In this document: positions 61,490 through 64,000 of the stretch, one piece after another
Layout of the letters: each line of letters starts with the position of its first letter
How positions within the stretch are numbered: the stretch's first letter is position 1
Made by a program: the position numbers and the translations under genes
Notes under the pieces: model-generated
Told to the model about the DNA's origin: nothing
Database searches by the model: none
What the model saw: the letters and a program-made list of their open reading frames with translations, nothing else
From: Octopus bimaculoides
Lineage: Eukaryota
Assembly (NCBI RefSeq): GCF_001194135.2
Contig: NC_068981.1
Coordinates: 20,978,323-21,042,322, forward strand
DNA length: 64,000 bases
Reading direction: 5' to 3'

Positions 61490-61960
61490 GGGCATTAGAG
61501 AGACGTAAAACATGGTATGACCACAAGCCACAGATAGTAACTGAATTAGAGACTTGTAAATCCTGTGGGATTTCCTAATTCAAACACACTAGGTGTTTGG
61601 GCACAAGAAACTGGACCTAGTGGTGGTGGACAAAGCAAACCACATGTACTCTCCAATTAATGTTGCATTCCCATTTGACTGACGAATAGTTTATAAGGAA
61701 GGCATGAAGATTGGGTTGTCATATACAATCCTCTTAAATATGGGATAGCCTGACTATAGAAGATGAAAAAGGTGAAGACAATGCCAATTGTTGTTGGGGC
61801 TTTGGGGACAGTATCAAAAGATATTAGGAAGAACATAAAGAAAATGGAAATAGAGTGTCTGGTAGAGCATGGCCAGAATTACCAGGAAAGTATTAGATAG
61901 TATGCCTGCTACTCATGTAAGATTTCAGGAGTTCCAACAAAACACGAGTTAAAAGAATAT
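61490..61960 (+). mobile_element. 3' fragment of an R4/Dong-like non-LTR element (restriction-like endonuclease domain)
   Basis: WYDHKPQIVTELETCK(I)LWDFLIQT...DLVVVDK...NVAFPFD...MPIVVGALGTVSK...ARITRKVLD*; frameshifted. Confidence 0.7.
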
Positions 61961-62711
61961 AATAATATCATCAAGTGGCCTTCTGTAATCAGCAATGAGA
62001 ACTATTAATTTTGTGGCATTAGAGAAACCATGTCTCCTTAGTACAGCTAGTAACTCAAAATATGTGCTGAATATCTGAAGGTATAAGTTGTGGTTTGATG
62101 TTCAACAACTGAAACCAGCAGGATCACTAACATCACTCCTGTTTGAATATAGAAAAATGACAGTCGTAATGATAATTGTTTGACATAAGCACAAAGCTTG
62201 AAATTTAGTTGATAAAACCATTCCCAGAACTTGTTCATTATTTTATTGACCCTGGAGGGATGGAAAGTAAAGTTGATCTCAGTGGGACTTGAAAATCAGG
62301 AGATACTGGAACATAACTCAAAACCATAAAGTATTCTGTCCTCCTTGCTATCTTTTCTGCTAATCTGTAAGCAATAATGTGTACATAAAGAGAATATATT
62401 CATGAGGCAACTCATTAAAAGTTTTGTTTTTATTAATCATGGGATGTAAATTTAATTACTTTATCACTTCTGTAACATTATGTGTGGTATACCAGATAAG
62501 TAATCCGGATATATTATAAACCATTATAAACGTGCACATTGTTTTATTAAATGTTGTTTATTTAATTAACATTACACTGTAATAATGTTGAAGTCTTATT
62601 ACTATCTGTTCCACAGTGAAATGTTAATTAAATAAATTGCATTTAAAGAAAACAATGTTCATGTTTATAATGGTTTACAATATATCTGGTTTACATATCT
62701 CTTGAAGTCTG

Positions 62712-63055
62712 TGAAGACTCATAGCTTAGTGTTTAGAGTGTCAGGCTCACAATCATGAGGTAGTGAGTTTGATTCTCGGATTGGGCTCCGTGTTATGTTC
62801 TTGAACAAGACACTTTATTCCATGTTGCTCCAGTTCACTCAGCTGTAGAAATGGGCTGTGATGTCACTGGTTCCAAGCTGTATTGACCTTTGCTTTTCCC
62901 TTGGATAACATTGGTAGCATGGAGAGGGGAGGCTGGTATGCATGGGTGACTGCTAATCTTCTATAAACAACCTTGCCCACAACTGTGCCTTGGAGGGGGA
63001 CCTTCTAGGTGCTTCCCATGTTCATTCATGACTGAAAGGGGTCTTTACCCTTTAA
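62712..63055 (+). mobile_element. Degenerate tRNA-derived SINE
   Basis: TAGCTTAGTGTTTAGAGTGTCAGGCTCACAATCATGAGGTAGTGAGTTTGATTCTC head followed by a TTGAACAAGACACTTT body. Confidence 0.7.
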
Positions 63056-63079
63056 TGTTGAAGTCTACTCACCATCATT

Positions 63080-63250
63080 ACCATCATCATTTATTGTCCA
63101 TATTCCATACTGGCATGGATTGGACAGTTTGACAGGGGCTAGTAAGCCAGAGGACTACACCAAGCTCTACTATCAGCTTTGGTAGGATTTCTAAGGCTGG
63201 ATGTCCTTCCTAATGCTAACCAATTTACTGAGTGCTTTTTATGTGGCATC
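63080..63250 (-). mobile_element. RTE 3' tail, minus orientation
   Basis: CATCATCATTTATTGTCCATATTCCATACTGGCATGGATTGGACAG...GGCTGGATGTCCTTCCTAATGC. Confidence 0.8.
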
Positions 63251-63944
63251 GTCACCTATGGGATGATGGCGCTGCCACCGCTGACGACGATGAACAAAAA
63301 AAGATGTAATAATACCATCCTTAATCAATAAAGTAATGATTTGAGGAAGTTAGCAGAGATCTACATGAGTTATTAGTGAGTATAAACAGTTCAAAATTGG
63401 TTTGATGTGGAGAAGAGGAAAAATCTTCCATTTTGGGCTGTACTCTTTCTCAAAGAATGATAACTTTGTTGTTATTGGTCATATCCCATTAGTGCTTCTT
63501 GAGCAGAATTTTGGCATACTTCATTTTGGTCTGAGACTCTGGTGAATAATAGACATGAAGTTGTATAGTTTGTGTAGGCTGAAGCAAACAACAGCCATGA
63601 ACTGTACATTTCATATGTCAAAAACTATTTAGTTTCCTCATAGGTCTTAGGACTGTCATGATCCCTAAGGTCTTAAGGCTTGGAGCTGAATCTGGTTTCA
63701 ATGGTGTACAAGTAAATTGTGTATGCATGCGAGTAGATGTAATCGCCTTACCTCGGTTTTCCTTTCGTCGACTGTGAGTCTGTCTTGCGGTATCCAATCC
63801 TTGAAGCTTGCCCTGACCCAAAGAACACCAGGAATAGCAGCTGCTTCTCCCAAACCTAGACCGTCGCTTAACATGTCTTGTCCTGACCACAACCCCGTTT
63901 GAAAAGGACACGAATCCCGATCGAGGCTCCCTCTGCCCTTTTTC

Positions 63945-63990
63945 CCCTTCCGGTCAACTCGCCCTTCCGGTCAACTCGCCCTTCCGGTCA
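63945..63990. repeat. 17-bp GC-rich tandem repeat (CCCTTCCGGTCAACTCG x2.7)
   Basis: Direct reading at the window end. Confidence 0.9.
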
Positions 63991-64000
63991 GCCTCCCCAA

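Overview
AT-rich, repeat-dense animal genomic DNA with four N-gaps. The SINE/RTE families and the (TA)n/(CA)n microsatellite style suggest an octopus genome; that is an inference, not a database match. Two host genes start head-to-head within about 190 bp at 24.2-24.4 kb. On the + strand is CNEP1R1/TMEM188: coding exon 1 at 24398-24419 and exon 2 at 60685-60756 give MSFEQTE-DLKAFERRLTEVIDKLQPAARFWR, across a 36.3-kb intron. On the - strand is an SRSF1-like RRM gene, with a probable non-coding first exon ending at 24208 and a coding exon at 9168-9431; its later exons were not found in the window. The rest is intronic and filled with RTE, CR1/jockey-like, R4/Dong-like and Penelope-like retroelements, Tc1/mariner, pogo and hAT-like DNA elements, tRNA-derived SINEs and microsatellites. 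The most notable unannotated signals are: (1) at least eight minimal type I hammerhead-ribozyme-like motifs, including two in direct repeat around a 683-nt internally deleted Penelope unit (retrozyme-like), two in a ~450-bp hairpin, and one inside a tRNA-headed SINE; (2) a frame-preserving 24-nt candidate microexon with an upstream UGC motif and a candidate alternative first coding exon, both in CNEP1R1 intron 1. All motif and exon calls were made by eye and need computational or experimental confirmation.
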